Notes: a model not told the origin generated them from the letters alone. Shown: positions 1-20,269, counted from the first letter of the stretch. The stretch is 64,000 nucleotides of DNA from the human T2T-CHM13v2.0 reference genome, Homo sapiens (GCA_009914755.4 CP068257.2:34816001-34880000), one strand, 5' to 3'. Translations and numbers: made by a program.

Positions 1-150
1 CACCCCCACAATCCACCTGACACCTACCCATCCACCCACCCACCCACCATTCCAACCAATGTCCACACACTGTGCACCGTCTGCCTACCATCTAACCTCC
101 CACCCCCTCCCACACCCATGAAGCCAGCACACACCCACCCATCCGTGGCA
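1..150. repeat. C/A-rich low-complexity tract (CCCA/CCACC-like)
   Basis: Visible run of cacc/ccca motifs at the start of the window. Confidence 0.5.
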
Positions 151-264
151 CTTGGGCGTGGTTGTGTGGCCCCACAGGAGGCTGAGTATTGCCAGTGGGG
201 GGAGTGGTTGGCTTAGGGGAGCTCCCCTTCAAAGTGTCCAAAGATGAAGGTTATATGTGAATAA

Positions 265-782
<518 letters not shown>

Positions 783-1691
783 GCCCTTGCTTCTTTCTTG
801 CCACCAGAAGATGAAAGAGAAAGTGTTTGGAGCCATAGAATGTTGAGCGTTACCAGGGCCTTCAGCTCCAGCCAATCCCTCCTTTGCAGAGGAGGAAGCC
901 TGGGCCAGGGGCTACTGTTACCAGGGCCAACCTTAGAGAGGATGCGATTCTGTTGTTTCATGGGACGTCCCCTTCTCTAACTCCGTAGTCTTTGGGAGAT
1001 CACCATGCCTGCATGCCATTTAGCTGGCAGTAAACAGGGTTACTTTCTTTGTGTCTTTTAAAGTTTTAAACGCTTGCTACAGACTAGGGAATTCTTTGTG
1101 TCTTAAACACAAGGGTGCTAACATCTATTGAAGAAGTCACACCAATGTTGTCTGGGGTTTTAATTTACACTGGCTTATCTTATGCCTGGAGAGCCCCTTC
1201 TGGAAAAGTTTGCAGTCAAAGGGAAGCCAGAGCCCTAGTTCAAGGGAGGGAGGTTGCTGAGAATTAGCCAGGTGGTTTAAGCACCCGGCAAGCCTCAGTA
1301 ATGGAGCGTGATGTATAACCCTGGGCTCTCCCTGCAGCCTCTCGGCATATCACTCACACCTTCTAGGCTGTCCTGTTGAGACTTGTGCCTGCTCCTGCAG
1401 AGCGCTGGGGCCTCTGAATGTTATTTCTCCTGCCTGACAAATCCAGACTTTCCCAAATTCAAAAGCACACCTCAAAAGAGAGATTACTTTATCGATGCCC
1501 TGGCAAGTACATTTTCCACCCCCACCATCCTGCCAAGTCCCCCATATTCTGCTATGGATTTGGCTTTTCACAGACTTATTTATTTAGTCCATTTAGAAAC
1601 ACTGTACCTTTGGAGATAAAAGGTAGGGTAAAGAGAGGAAATAACAGTGGGAATACAGAAAAAAACAAAAGGCAGTGACCAGCATGCGTTA

Positions 1692-2090
<399 letters not shown>

Positions 2091-2111
2091 TCAAAGGGAA
2101 AAGTGTCTTTA

Positions 2112-2629
<518 letters not shown>

Positions 2630-2671
2630 GAATTATGAATTTTCTTTTTTTTTCTTTTAAAAGTCATTCTT

Positions 2672-2987
2672 GGCCAGGTGTGGTGGCTCACGCCTGTTAT
2701 CCCAACAGTTTGGGAGGCCAAGGCGGGCAGATCACCTGAGAGATCAGGAGTTCAAGATCAGCCTGGCCAACATGGTGAAACCCCATCTCTGCTAAAATAC
2801 AAAAATTATCTGGGCATGATGGTGCACGCCTATAGTCCCAGCTACTTGAGAGGATGAGGCACGAGAATCACTTGAACCCAGGAGGTGGAAGTTGCAGCGA
2901 GCCGAGATCCAAGATGGCACCACTGTACTCCAGCCTGGGCAACAGAACGAGACTCCATCTCAAAAAAAAAAAAAAAAAAAAAAAAAA
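2672..2987 (+). mobile_element. Alu SINE
   Basis: ggccaggtgtggtggctcacgcctg... to a 26-nt poly-A; approximate TSD tcattcttkg. Confidence 0.9.
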
Positions 2988-3096
2988 TCATTCTTTGCCA
3001 GACCAACAATTCAGGCAGGTTACGGCAACAGGAGAGGATCCCACAGCTTGCTGACCTTTGGGGTCATCTATAAATCTGTTTGCTGCTAATTTTCCT

Positions 3097-3343
<247 letters not shown>

Positions 3344-3472
3344 TTAGAAGGAGCCAGAAGCTAGACCTGGAATGCAGTAATGTCAAGACAGCTAATATTG
3401 GTCTCCTGGACAAATAATAACTGATCAAGTAAACTTTAAGTTGTGGCTTAAAAATGGCACCCCACTATGTAT

Positions 3473-3545
3473 GTGTGTGTGTGTATATATATATACACAC
3501 ACACATATATATATATACACACACACACACATATATGTATATATA
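3473..3545. repeat. (TG)n(TA)n(CA)n compound dinucleotide microsatellite
   Basis: gtgtgtgtgtatatatatacacacac... seen directly. Confidence 0.9.
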
Positions 3546-4176
3546 AGTGAATACCAGATAGTTGAAAGATTTAAACATAAACTACTTCATGTCTGTTGCC
3601 TCATGGTCACAAAGTGGCTGCTCACCTCCAGCATCACGTTTTTTAGGCACTGTTAAAAAGCTGCTAAAATGGCTTCCTGGAAGCCTTGGTAATTTCCACT
3701 TATATTTCACTGGCCAAGATCTAGCTGTAAGGGAGATTGGGAAAAACGAATGTCTTTATCTGGGTACATTGCTCACCCCAAACAATACTGGAGTTTTTTA
3801 AAGAAAAAATGATAGAAGGGATAATAGGTATACAACTAGTAGCATCTGCCCAGTGTCTCACTGACTAATTGTTGTAAGATGTTGGGGGAAGAGAGAAACA
3901 AGAATGACATCTGGGCTCTAGGCCCCAGGGACTGGGAAGCCAATGACACTGTCTACTGATTTGGAAACATAAGGTTGGGAAATCAATACTTCTCTTTTAG
4001 CCATATTCAGTTTGAGATGCCTGTGAGATTTCTGAGTAGAGAAATCAAGGAGACAGTGGAACATGCATACCTGCAGCTCCAGGATATACAGATTTGAGAG
4101 AGCAGCATATGAATGAAATTTTAAAACCATGGACTGGATGACATCACCAGGCAGAGAAGAGGAGAAAGTCTAGGAC

Positions 4177-4451
4177 AGGCTGGATACAGTGGCTCATGCC
4201 TGTAATCCCAGCACTTTGAGAGGCAGAGGTGGGTGGATCACCTGAGGTCAGGAGTTCAAGACCAGCCTAACCAACATGGCGAAACCCTGGTTCTACTAAA
4301 AATACAAAAATTAGTCGGGCATGGTGGCGGGCACCTGTAATCCCAGCTACTTGAACCTGGGAGGCAGAGGTTGCAGTGAGCCAAGATCGTGCCTCTGCAC
4401 TCCAGCCTGGGCGATAAGAGTGAAACTCTGTCTCAAAAAAAAAAAAAAAAA
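4177..4451 (+). mobile_element. Alu SINE with a small internal deletion
   Basis: ggctggatacagtggctcatgcctg... to poly-A. Confidence 0.85.
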
Positions 4452-5043
4452 GGTCAGGACAGAGACCTGGGTCTGGAGGGAGGAAGAGCAAACGAAGAGA
4501 TTGCACCAGAACCTGCAGTGTTCCCCCAAGCCCCAGGAGGAAGGTTTCCAGGATGAAGAAGTGGTCAAATATGTGACTTGGCTGCTGCCACTGTGAGTAA
4601 GATAAGGATAGAAAACCAGCTGGTGGTTTTGGCAAAATACGGGCCATTCGTGTCCTTGATAAGAACTTTTACTCACTGTCTGGTGGACGTAGCCACTCCC
4701 TTAATGATGCACACTTGACTTGTCTTTTTTTTTTTTTTTTTTGACCCCCCAGATCCCATAGACTGAGAGTTGTATCTTGTTTTCTCTGCTTTTTTGCTAA
4801 TGAAGGCAATGCTACAATGAGAATCTTGTGCATATATGTTTGCAAACCTGTGAAAGTATTTCTTTTGGATAAGGCCTAGAAACCATTGAGTCAAAAAGTA
4901 TGCATATGTTAAATTGTAATCCATATCGTCAGATGTCTACTAAATAGTTATACCGATTTACATTCCCACCAGCAGTGTTTTTGAGTTTTAGTTTCACATA
5001 AAATTGTATCTTTGCTAATCTGGTAGTTGAAAACTCTTGTTAA

Positions 5044-5433
<390 letters not shown>

Positions 5434-5460
5434 CTTTTTTCTTGTTGATTTATCAGAGCT

Positions 5461-5505
5461 CATATATATACATATATATTTATATATACACATACACATA
5501 TATAA
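5461..5505. repeat. (TA)n/(CA)n microsatellite
   Basis: atatatatacatatatatttatatatacacatacacatatata. Confidence 0.8.
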
Positions 5506-6120
5506 TTTTTTTCCAGTTTATGGTTACCTTTTGATTTTTAAGTGGTTTTTCTTGCCAACTTTAAATTCTGTATTTATTACATAGTTAAATTTGTCAGTTT
5601 TGTTCTTTTTTGCTTGGAAAGGCCTTCATCACCCCAATATTATAAAAATATTCATTTTCTTCTATGTTTTATAGTTTCTTTTTAAGATCGAATATTTGAT
5701 CTCTATAGAGTTATTCTGGTATCAGAAGAGAGGTTGAAAGCCAGGCTTTATTTTCCAAGTGGTTAGCCAGCTGTTTCAACACCATTTCTTGAACAATTTA
5801 TTTTTCCCCAATCAATTTAAAATGCCACTCTTATTATTCAATGAATATCCACATATTGGTGGCTCCATTTCTGAATTATTTTTTGTTCCATGAGTCTACC
5901 TATGAATTTGTCTACTGCTGTACCAGTACCATACTGTTTTAATCACTGTAGCTTTATGTGTCGGTTAGGAAGCCTTTCTGTTGCCAGTGCTGGAAAATCC
6001 ATCTTAAACTGGTTTACGCACAGGGCAATGTATTGACTCAAATAAATGAAAAGACCGGGAGTGCTGAAAGTCACCAGGATCCTTTCTTTTTCCGTCACTT
6101 GACTTTGCTCCCAAACTACG

Positions 6121-6330
6121 CCAGAGCCCGTCTCTTTGAAGGTTCAAGTCCAGCTGCCTCTCTCTGGCTGCTGCACGAGCCCTGTTGGCTCTTATGGGCA
6201 TTAATGGGATCACAGGCACATCCTGGGGCAGGCCTGAGTCAATGCCAGGGTGGAGTCAGCTTCACCCAAAGTACTTGGGCTAAGAGGGAAAATGGGGTCC
6301 CACGCAAGGAAAGTGGGTGTGTCACCGGAA
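6121..6330. repeat. Arm A of a ~210-bp inverted repeat (partner at 8505-8712)
   Basis: Reverse complement of 6121-6330 aligns to 8505-8712 at about 85% identity (e.g. gcccaagtactttgggtgaagct...ggcattgactcaggcctgccccaggatg...cccattaatgcc). Confidence 0.8.
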
Positions 6331-6473
6331 TGGAAGGTAAGAGCCAGTAGTAGCTGGGCAGTGAGACCAAAGGATGTCTTCCATTAGTGAATCACTGTCG
6401 GTCCCCTGCAGACCATGCGTCCCTTGTTTCTCCTCATTTCCATAAATTCCCTGGTTATTCTCATGTGTTAATT

Positions 6474-6778
<305 letters not shown>

Positions 6779-6936
6779 TAATTCTTACATTTGAATTCAG
6801 AAAATAATTTTTTCAAGTTCTAAAAGAGAAAAATGAAAGCTTATATTTGATTGCATTGGATTTATAGACTGATCTCAGGGAAAAGGACGCCCTTACAGTA
6901 CTGAGCGTATTGAGTCATCCTATCCAAACGCATGGG

Positions 6937-7098
6937 CTACTAAAAATACAAAACTTAGCTGGGTGTGGTGGTGGATGCCTGTAGTCCCAGCTCCTCAGGA
7001 GGCTGAGGCAGGAGAATAATTTGAACCCGGGAGACAGAGGTTGCAGCCAGCCGAGATTGCGCCACTCCAGCCTGGACAACAAGAGTGAAACTCCATCT

Positions 7099-7133
<35 letters not shown>
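6937..7133 (+). mobile_element. Alu SINE, right monomer only, with a ~50-nt poly-A
   Basis: ctactaaaaatacaaaacttagctgggtgtggtgg... to a long poly-A. Confidence 0.85.
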
Positions 7134-7136
<3 letters not shown>

Positions 7137-7440
7137 CGATTTAGTTCCTTTTGAAAAACAAAGTAGAAAGATCACAAACTCGTTTTATCATTTTTTTAAA
7201 AGGCAGGGGTCGGGAACACAAATAATAAAATTAGGATCAAGTAAGGGAAATAATTACAAGACAATATTTAGGCAACCTGTGCTAGTTAATGGTCTTCTAG
7301 GAAAGTATGTCTTACTAAAATTGACCACAGAAAAGATGGAAAGGGTTACTTAGTAATTTTGGTAAAAATGGAAAAAGTTGTCAATGAACGATTCCCCCAC
7401 AAAAACCACATTCAGATGGTTTCATGGCAATTCTGCCAAC

Positions 7441-7882
7441 TTTTTGTTTTGAATTTCCAGCTTTTACTTTAAGTTCAGGGGTACATGTGCAGGACGTGCA
7501 GGTTTGTTACATAGGTAAATGTGTGCCATGGCAGTTTGCTGCACAGAGCATCCCATCACCTAGGTATTAAGCCCAGCATCCATTAGCTACTCTTCCTGGT
7601 CCTCTCCCTCCTCTCACCCCTCACCCTCCCACAGGCCCAGTGTTTGCTGTCCCCGCCCCCACCCCCACCCCCCTGCCATGTGTCTATGTGTTCTCATCAT
7701 TTAGCTCCCACTTATGAGTGAGAACATGCAGTATTTGGTTTTCTGTTTCTGTGTTAGTTTGCTAAGGATAATGGCCTCCAGCTCCATCCATGTCCCTGCA
7801 AAGGACATGATCTTGTTCCTTTGTATGGCTGCATAGTATTCCATGGTGTAAATGTACCATATTTTCTTTATCCAGCATCTAT
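7441..7882 (-). mobile_element. L1 LINE 3'-end fragment (3'UTR and ORF2 C-terminal region)
   Basis: Reverse complement matches the L1 3' end (..ccatggcacacatttacctatgtaacaaacctgcacgtcctgcacatgtacccctgaacttaaag..); A-rich tail remnant at the low-coordinate end. Confidence 0.8.
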
Positions 7883-7892
7883 AAGGAACTTA

Positions 7893-8539
<647 letters not shown>

Positions 8540-8748
8540 TGTTTCCCTCTCAGCCCAAGTACTTTGGGTGAAGCTAACTCCACTCTGGCATTGACTCAGG
8601 CCTGCCCCAGGATGGGCCTGCGACCCCATTAATGCCAATAAGAGCAAGTGGGGTTCACGAAGCAGCCAAAGAGAGGCAGCTGGACTTGAACCTGGGAAGA
8701 GACAGGCTCTGGCTTAGGTTGGGAACAAGGTTGAGTGACAGAAGTTAG

Positions 8749-9059
<311 letters not shown>

Positions 9060-9549
9060 TGATAAATCATGAATTTGCTAACAAGTCTTCTGTTTTCCCT
9101 TCTGTTTCCTTTAAGTTTTGTATTAATTTTTCTAAGTCCCTCCTCCCTGCAGAATACTGGATTCACTTTTGCTTTCCGTGAAGTATTTAAGAATATAAAT
9201 ATCATTTTGCCTTCAGCTTTGACCTTGTCCCATGAGGTTTTGATATATAATATCCTCATTATTGTAATTTCCTAGATAGGCTGCAGTTGTAGTTTTATTT
9301 CCTCTTTAAAATGAGGAAAAACAAGATTTTTTTTACATTTCCGATAGGTTGAGTATTAATTTTCTTTTTGCTTCAACCTTATTATTTTTAGTTTTATTGT
9401 AGCTTGAGAACGTGGTTTCTATTTCACTTCTTAGAATTTATTGAGGTTTTCTTTGTGATCTAATATATTGTAAAATTGTGTAAGTCTCCTATTGTTTTTG
9501 AAAAGACAGTGTATTCTATTTTCTCTTTCCTTTCAGGACACAGAATTAG

Positions 9550-9912
<363 letters not shown>

Positions 9913-10277
9913 CAGCCTCTGCATCTTTTTTACCCGCTTACTTGATGATAGGGACTGAGAGAAGTGAGTTAAAATATCCTACACTAATATGTTACTGTCC
10001 TTTGTTGCAGATCCTGAGAAATATCTTTTCACTGTGGATCATGAGGTTCATCATAATCAAGTGATCTTTTCGTATAACTTACTGAGTTTTTCTTGAATTC
10101 AGCTTTCTCAGATGTGACTATTATACACTTTCCCTTGCTTTCTTTTTATTCAGGGACCATCATTTATTTAGGTACCATCATATTATTTTGCTTGTAATTT
10201 GACTTTCAGCTGTTCTGAACCACCTTGTTTTAATATATCAGCATATATTTAGAGTTATCTTTTTAAATGTAATGTGA

Positions 10278-10547
10278 GGCCGGATGCGGTGGCTCACGCC
10301 TGTAATCCCAGCACTTTGGGAGGCCGAGGCGGGCGGATCACCCGAGGTCAGGAGCTCATAGGCCAGTCTGGCCAACATGGCGAAACCCCATGGTGGTGAG
10401 CGCCTGTAATCCCAGCTACTCGGGAGACTGAGGCAGGGAGAAGTGCTTGAACCTGGGAGGCGGAGGTTGCAGTGAGCCAAGATGGCACCATTGCACTCCA
10501 GCCTGGGCAACACAGCGAGACTCAGTCTCAAAAAAAAAAAAAAAAAA
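10278..10547 (+). mobile_element. Alu SINE with an internal deletion
   Basis: ggccggatgcggtggctcacgcctg... to poly-A; TSD gtaatgtga. Confidence 0.85.
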
Positions 10548-10747
10548 CAAGTAATGTGAAAATTTTTAGATTTTATTAAGCTTATTTGACTATATTATAA
10601 TTGATTACCTCTATCTAAAACTCTGTGTATGTAATTTTAATACTTTCTTGCTCTTTCTTTGGTTTCTATCTTTTGTTATGTTTTTCTCTTCTTTGAATTC
10701 AGAAGGCAGATAGTCTTTGGGGTTCTACTAGTGATTACTTGCACAAC

Positions 10748-11087
10748 TTTTTTTTTCTTTATTCTAAAAAAATAAAACCGAGATACATGTGCAGAGCGTG
10801 CAGGCTTGTCACATAGGTATCCGTGTGCCGTGGTGGTTTACCACACCCATCAACCCATCCCCTAATTCCCTCCCCTCACCCTCCACCCCCGACAGGCCCC
10901 GGTGTGTGATGTTCCCCTCCCTGTGTCCACGTGTTCTCATTGTTCGACTTCCACTTATGAGTGAGTACATGAGGCGTTTGGTTTTCTGTTCCTGTGTTTG
11001 TCTGCTGAGGATGATGGCTTCCAGCTTCATCCATGTCCCTGCAAGGGACATGATCTCATTCCTTTTTATGGCCGGCTACTTTCACAA
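10748..11087 (-). mobile_element. L1 LINE 3'-end fragment (ORF2 C-terminus and 3'UTR)
   Basis: Minus-strand ORF 10809-11051 reads MS.AGTWMKLEAIILS.QTQEQKTK..MYSLISGS, the canonical L1 ORF2 C-terminus. The nucleotide sequence matches the reverse complement of the L1 3' end, with a poly-T remnant at 10748-10757. Confidence 0.85.
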
Positions 11088-11183
11088 CTTTAAATAGTAT
11101 CCTTAAACCTATTTTTCACAATATATGAAATTCAGTAACATAACCATCCCTCTTTATTTTCTCATATAAAAGATGAGAAAATG

Positions 11184-11353
11184 GGCCAGGTGTGGTGGCT
11201 TATGCCTGTAATCCCAGCACTTTGGGAGGCTGGGGCAGGAGGATCATTTAAGCCCAGGGGTTCAAGGGTGCGGTTATCTATGATTGCACCACTGCACTCC
11301 AGCTTGGGTGACAGAGCAAGACACTGTCTCAAAAAAAAAAAAAAAAAAAAAAA
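11184..11353 (+). mobile_element. Alu-derived element with a large internal deletion
   Basis: Alu left-monomer start joined to the Alu 3' end (..gattgcaccactgcactccagcttgggtgacagagcaag..poly-A); TSD agagaaaatg. Confidence 0.8.
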
Positions 11354-11614
11354 GAGAGAAAATGTACTCTAGGAGCATCTATTTCTCCATTTCCTAATTT
11401 TATTTACTTGTTCTGGAGTGTTTGTCCTACTTTATATCATTGTCTGTTGAAAATAATGAAATAGTCCTCTCTTTCCCAGGAATTACAATATTCTTGTAAT
11501 TAGAGCTTCTGCATTACTTGGATGTAATTTATAGTTAATAGATTCAATGCTCTGTGCTGATTTTTAATCATACGACTTCCTCATTTCTAATTTATTTATT
11601 TATTTATTTTTAAA

Positions 11615-11732
11615 AGAGAAATGAGGCCTTGCCCTCAGACCCAGGCTGGTCTTGAACTCTTGGGCTCAAGCGACCCTCCTGACTCAGCCTCCCAAAGTGC
11701 TGGGATTACAGTCATGAGTCACCTCATCCAGC
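11615..11732 (-). mobile_element. Free left Alu monomer (FLAM-like), preceded by (TTTA)n
   Basis: ..cccaggctggtcttgaactcttgggctcaagcgaccctcctgactcagcctcccaaagtgctgggattacagtcatgag.. Confidence 0.7.
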
Positions 11733-12206
11733 CTAAGTTAATTATTTTAATCTTATCTTTAAAATAGATTGTGTCTTCAAGTAGATTTTTTGAATCTTAT
11801 TGAGGTATACTTGCAGTATACTAAATTGCATGTATCTAAAATGTACAACTGGATCAGTTTAGGTTCACAAGCACCTATGAAACCATCACTGCAATAAAGA
11901 GAATAGCCATTTCCATCTGAGGAAAAGCAACGCTCTATATGGAGGATGGACAACCCAAATATCTAATGTACCGCTAATTTTATAGACCTAAAAATACAAT
12001 AGAACAAAGGGAATAGAAAAAAATTAAAAGCATAATAAAAACAGAATTTCCTGAAATGAAGGAAGACATAAATGTTTACATCAAAGAAGTCCTTCATTAT
12101 AATAAAGAACTATAAACTCTGAGTGAAATTTTTGAAAGACAAGCTTAAAAAGAATATGGCAAAAATAAAGTTATATGCTAAGAAAAGTAGTCTAACTTCA
12201 GATTTC

Positions 12207-12376
12207 TTCTTTTCTTTTCTTTTCTTTTAGAGGCAGGGTCTCAGTCTGTCACCCAGGCTGGAGTACAGTGGCACCATCTTGGCTCACTGTAGCCTCGACC
12301 TCCTGGGCTCAAGTGAGCCTCCTACCTCAGTCTCCCAAAATGCTGGGATTACAAGCATGAACCACTGTGACTTGCC
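12207..12376 (-). mobile_element. Alu-derived element, internally deleted
   Basis: Start of right monomer fused to end of left monomer at the homologous cctcagcctccc/gctgggattaca segment. Confidence 0.75.
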
Positions 12377-14126
12377 TTCTTGGCAATTTTAAATGAAAGA
12401 AGAAGATGGAATAATGCCTACTGAGGACTATGTTTGAGGGGTGTTGTATGACCCCGTTTTCCATACCCAGCCAACTTGTCATGTGACAAGTCCACAGAAA
12501 GATGTTATATGGCCAGGAATCTATGAACTAGTCTTCCCTGAAATGTACCTGACTACAGCTAACATCATATCACATGATGAAAGACCGTGTTGTTTTCCCC
12601 TGAGGTTGGCGGTAAGTACACTCACTTTCAATACTTCTGTTCCCCATGGTTCTGGAGGTTGCAGACATGGCAATAGGTAAGGAAAAGACATAAACATAGG
12701 AAGTGACAAAATATAGAGTTTTATGTAAATGGAACCATATGGTAGTTACCTGGGGATGCGGTGGAGAGAGGGAGAGGTTGCCTAAGCTTGTGGGTGATAG
12801 AAATATTTATCTTAATTGTCAAAAATAATATGGGAGAAATTTCCCTTTCCTGTCTTCCTGTGCACAGCTGGAATCATCCCCTTAGCATTTACTCTGCAAA
12901 GTGGCATCTCACCGTCTCTTCTCTCTTTAGATCTTTAGTTGTTTGAGTGGTTGCCTTAGCGTTTGGGAGGAGGACGGAGGCTGTGGTTTCTGGAAACTCC
13001 GGCCCTTTGGCTTCTCTCTGAATGTGTTGACTCCGTGGGAAACTGGCTGTTCTGTGCATGTGGGGGTAACCTTTGTATTTCAGTTTGTTTTTCTGCATTG
13101 GTGTGAGGCAGTCACTTCACTGAGGAGTTGAGCTGGAGTTGTGCCTTGCAGCCTGGCCTGGAGACTTCTGTTGTGTGTGTGAGCGCTTGTTTTTATCCAA
13201 CAGTCGCCGCTTGCCTGCAGCTGCGAAGTATGTGTGTGTCTCCAGATCTCCCCGGTTGAGAAGGGAGGGCCTCTCTGAGGAGTCGACATTTGAGGAGAAA
13301 CTTGAATGAAGGAAAGGAAGGAGCCATTTGGAGATTGTGGGGAAGAGCATGCCAGGGAGAGGGAACAGCAGATAAGGAAGCGCAGGGCCGTGGGGGCTTC
13401 GTGCTGTTTGGCCAAGAGCCTCTTCCTCCTGTCTCGCTGGTCTGCAGCGGGAAGAGTGTCCGAATGAGCCCACTCATGCCTTTGGCTCTTCTAGGCCAGC
13501 AGGGATTTCAGGGTTGCAGGGAGCCCTTCGGAACTTCCTTCTCTTCCTGTGGCGCCCCTCACCGTGCTCCCAATCCCGTGTCTGTGTGCATCCCTGGTGT
13601 GGCCTTTCTCACTTACACCCAGCCAGTGGTCTTTGATGTTTATGACAAGAGGCCGAAGCTCTTCATATTTTCAGATGAAATGGAGTTTTCTTTCTCATGG
13701 AGCTCAGTTATCCATCGTCCCTTTGTCCTTTTGCTCCTGAGAATACATGTGTCTGCTCCATGCTGCGCCAGCCCAGTCATGGAACTCAATGTTTCTGCAG
13801 TTTCCCTCCGAACATTTCCAGTTGCCCAAAGGCATTCGTGGTTTCACAAATTTTACTGAAGGTTTAGTATGGAGACGGCAGAGAGTTGCATCTTGTACTC
13901 CATTGCAAACAATGGAAAATCCTCCTTCGATGCTACTCTGTAGGTTACCCCTAGGTTACCCCTCAGTGGGTGCCACCCCTTAGAGATCGCTCTCACTCTG
14001 GGAGTGGTCAGAGAGGAGCGCAGGGCTGTCCATGTCCCTCCCACATGGCTGCTGCCTCCTCCTTCCTGACTGCAGCCTCGGGCTGGGAGCTCCCGTCTTC
14101 CTCCCTGGTCACAGCTTGGGAAATCA

Positions 14127-14459
<333 letters not shown>

Positions 14460-14671
14460 TCACCACGTCTATCTAGTGAAAAATATTTTACTCTTGAAAA
14501 ATGTCTAAATCATCCCCAAAGAAAATGCCATACTTCATTAGAATTCACTGTCTATTCCTCTCCTCGCAGCCCCTGGCAACCACCCATGGGACTGGGCTGA
14601 TACAGTGGGGCACACACATGGCACATGGGACATCTGTACATTGGACTATTCTTCAACCATTTAAAAAAAAT

Positions 14672-15280
<609 letters not shown>

Positions 15281-15399
15281 TAGTTCGGATCTGTGCTACA
15301 ACATGAATGAATCTTGGACATTATGCAACTTCATATAAATGCAGTCACATAATATGTGGCCTTTTGTATCTTTTTTTTTTTTCATTTAACATAATGTTT

Positions 15400-15860
15400 T
15401 CTTGGAGGTCCAGCCACACTGCGGCATGTATCAGAATGCATGTGGCGAGTATACTATCTCTGTATGGCTAGACCATATTGTGTTCCTCCATTGGTCTATT
15501 GATGGACATTTGAGTTGTTTCTTCCTTTTGGCTATTGTGGGTAATGCTGCTATGAACATTTGTGTAGAAGTGTTTGTTGAGTCCCTGCTTTCACCTGTTT
15601 TGGATATATTCCTAGGAGTAGAATTGTGGGGTCATTATTGCATTTTAATTAGAAGGACTCTCTACTCTCTGAAATGTGTTGGTGACATCATTGTCTGTGG
15701 CTTTTTGAGGATTCCTGTCCATCATTTCACATTTTCTGAATTCTCCAGTTTCACCTACTTGAAGGTCTCCCATAGAACCACTCATGGACTCCAAGGTGCC
15801 TGTTGTGAAGGCCTTGACCCCTCTCACATGCTGCTCTTGTTTTGCACTGAAATACTAAAT
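15400..15860 (-). mobile_element. Old L1 LINE fragment (ORF2 3' region, L1M/L1P-like)
   Basis: Plus strand carries the antisense-L1 motif ctattgatggacatttgagttgtttc..ttggctattgtgggtaatgctgctatgaacatttgtgt..atatattcctaggagtagaattg. This explains the 181-aa ORF 15402-15947. Confidence 0.7.
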
Positions 15861-15895
15861 AAGAGGAACAGTGCTTTGCCGTTGTCGGGGGCTGA

Positions 15896-16417
<522 letters not shown>

Positions 16418-16853
16418 TAAGAGGGTGGAGTCTATTATAGATGGACAGGGCAGCTACGGAGCCCACTGCTCCTGGGCCTCCCAAAGTCTCCTTCTCGTCC
16501 CATTGCCCTCATCTCTGTGCTCCATTCTCCCTCCTCCAGACTTCATGCTCTAGGAAACCAGATTAATTTTGTAGTTAACCCAACCTCCAAAGGCAGCTTC
16601 TGGGCTGAGGCCTCTCCCAAGGATGTTCTTGGGTTGTGTAGGCTGCCAGGTGGTGCTAGACTTAAGTCTATCTCAGAGCCAGCCCCTGGTTGTCCCTTTT
16701 CGTGCCCTTTCCCCTCCACCCTCAGGCAGTTGAGCTTGCTGAGGCATCAGGCTCTATACCTTAGTGGGAGTCAAAGCTGGTTTGCTAGCTTTCCAAGGAA
16801 CAACTCCAGCCTCCTGCCTTCCCTGCATCCCCCTCCAATTAAAATACAGACCC

Positions 16854-17164
16854 GGGTCAGCAGTGGCTCAGGCCTGTCATCCCAACATTTGAGAGGCCGA
16901 GGTGGGTGGATTGCTTGAGGCTAGGAGTTTGAGACCAGCCTGGCCAACATGGTGAAACCCCGACTCTACTAAAAATACAAAAATTAGCCGGGTGTGGTGG
17001 CGCAAGCCTGTAATCCCAGTTACTCAGGAGGCTGAGGCGTGAGAATTGCTTGAACCTGGGAGGTTGGAGGTTGCAGTGAGCCAAGATTGTGCCGCTGCAC
17101 TCCAGCCTGGGTGACAGAGGGAGACTCAGTCTCAAAAAAACAAAACAAAACAAAACAAAAAAAA
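16854..17164 (+). mobile_element. Alu SINE with a (CAAAA)n tail
   Basis: gggtcagcagtggctcaggcctgtcatcccaacatttgagaggcc... to ..aaacaaaacaaaacaaaacaaaaaaaa. Confidence 0.9.
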
Positions 17165-17354
17165 CCACAGACCTGAAATTTAGCTGGGGCTATGTCTGGT
17201 CCTGCACATACAACAGCAAATGACGTGGACAGTCTCTGAACTCAGACCCTAGAGTCTAATGGAAGATTCAGAAAAGCGTGTGTTCCAATTAATAAAATAC
17301 TTACACATTCTGAGAAAAACTGTGTGGGAAATGAACAGTGTGCTGAGATAATGA

Positions 17355-17790
<436 letters not shown>

Positions 17791-17816
17791 AGGATGTATC
17801 TTAGTTCTTAATGTAG

Positions 17817-18358
<542 letters not shown>

Positions 18359-18497
18359 TAATCTTTGTTATGCTCTAGATTGTTTTCTCTGCTGTATATT
18401 CTAACCCTTTTGTTTACTTTTAAAAAATGTATTTATTTTAAACTTTTAAATATTTTATTAAAATTTTTTAAATTTAAGAGACTTTTCCATTTTCTAA

Positions 18498-18716
<219 letters not shown>

Positions 18717-18770
18717 GCATTCTATTCTTATAGACAAAATGTGACCTTGAATTTTTCTGAGAATAGAGAT

Positions 18771-19066
18771 TTTTTTTTTTTTTTTTTAAGACAAGGTCCC
18801 ACTCTGTCACTCAGGCTGGAGTGCAGTAGTGCAATCATGGCTCACTGCAGCCTCGACCTCCTGGGCTCAAGAGATCCTTCCTCCTCAGATCCCAAGTAGA
18901 TGGGACTGCAGGTGCAAGCCACTGCTCCCTACTAATTTATTTTTTGTATAGATGAGGGTCTTGCTGAGTTGCCCAGGCTGGTCTGGAACTGCTGGCTTAA
19001 AGCGATACTCCCAACTTGGCCTTCCAAAGTATTGAGATTACAGGCATGAACCATCACACCTGGCCT
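18771..19066 (-). mobile_element. Alu SINE (older, AluJ-like)
   Basis: Poly-T + aagacaaggtcccactctgtcactcaggctggagtgcagtagtgcaatcatggctcactgcagcctcgacctcctgggctcaag.. Confidence 0.85.
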
Positions 19067-19367
19067 AAATTGAGATTTTCTTCCCTGAATCATCTGTTTC
19101 CTCTGGTGTCAGGTGTTTTCTCTTTGTTCGTCTTTTCTCTCCCTTTCATGATGCAGTATTTCCTCAAATGTCTGGTGACTCTTTGGTGTGTGAGGCAATA
19201 CAGAGGCTGGCAGGGAGTGTTGCTTACATAAGCAAGGTTTGTCAAAAGGGGGGCTTCCTTTTAGCCAGAGAAAGTAGGAAACTGGGTTTACCCCCAAGGA
19301 TTTCTCAAATGCCAGAAGTAGAGGGCTTCGTGGGGAGGCGCCAGCACTTGTACTACCCACCTCATAA

Positions 19368-19866
<499 letters not shown>

Positions 19867-19974
19867 CATTGTAGTTTTAATGGGAACCAGATTTGATTTT
19901 GGAAAAATAAAGGCATGAAATGTTCTGCCTGAGTACTATGGAGCAATTTGTAGTTATTACCAAGGTGAATGCTA

Positions 19975-20269
<295 letters not shown>

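Noticed and set aside
13080-13859. Cluster of 94-189-aa ORFs on both strands at 13.1-13.9 kb
   Set aside because: They are overlapping frames on both strands with low-complexity peptides. I cannot find splice-site-bounded exon structure or homology by eye. I treat them as non-coding.
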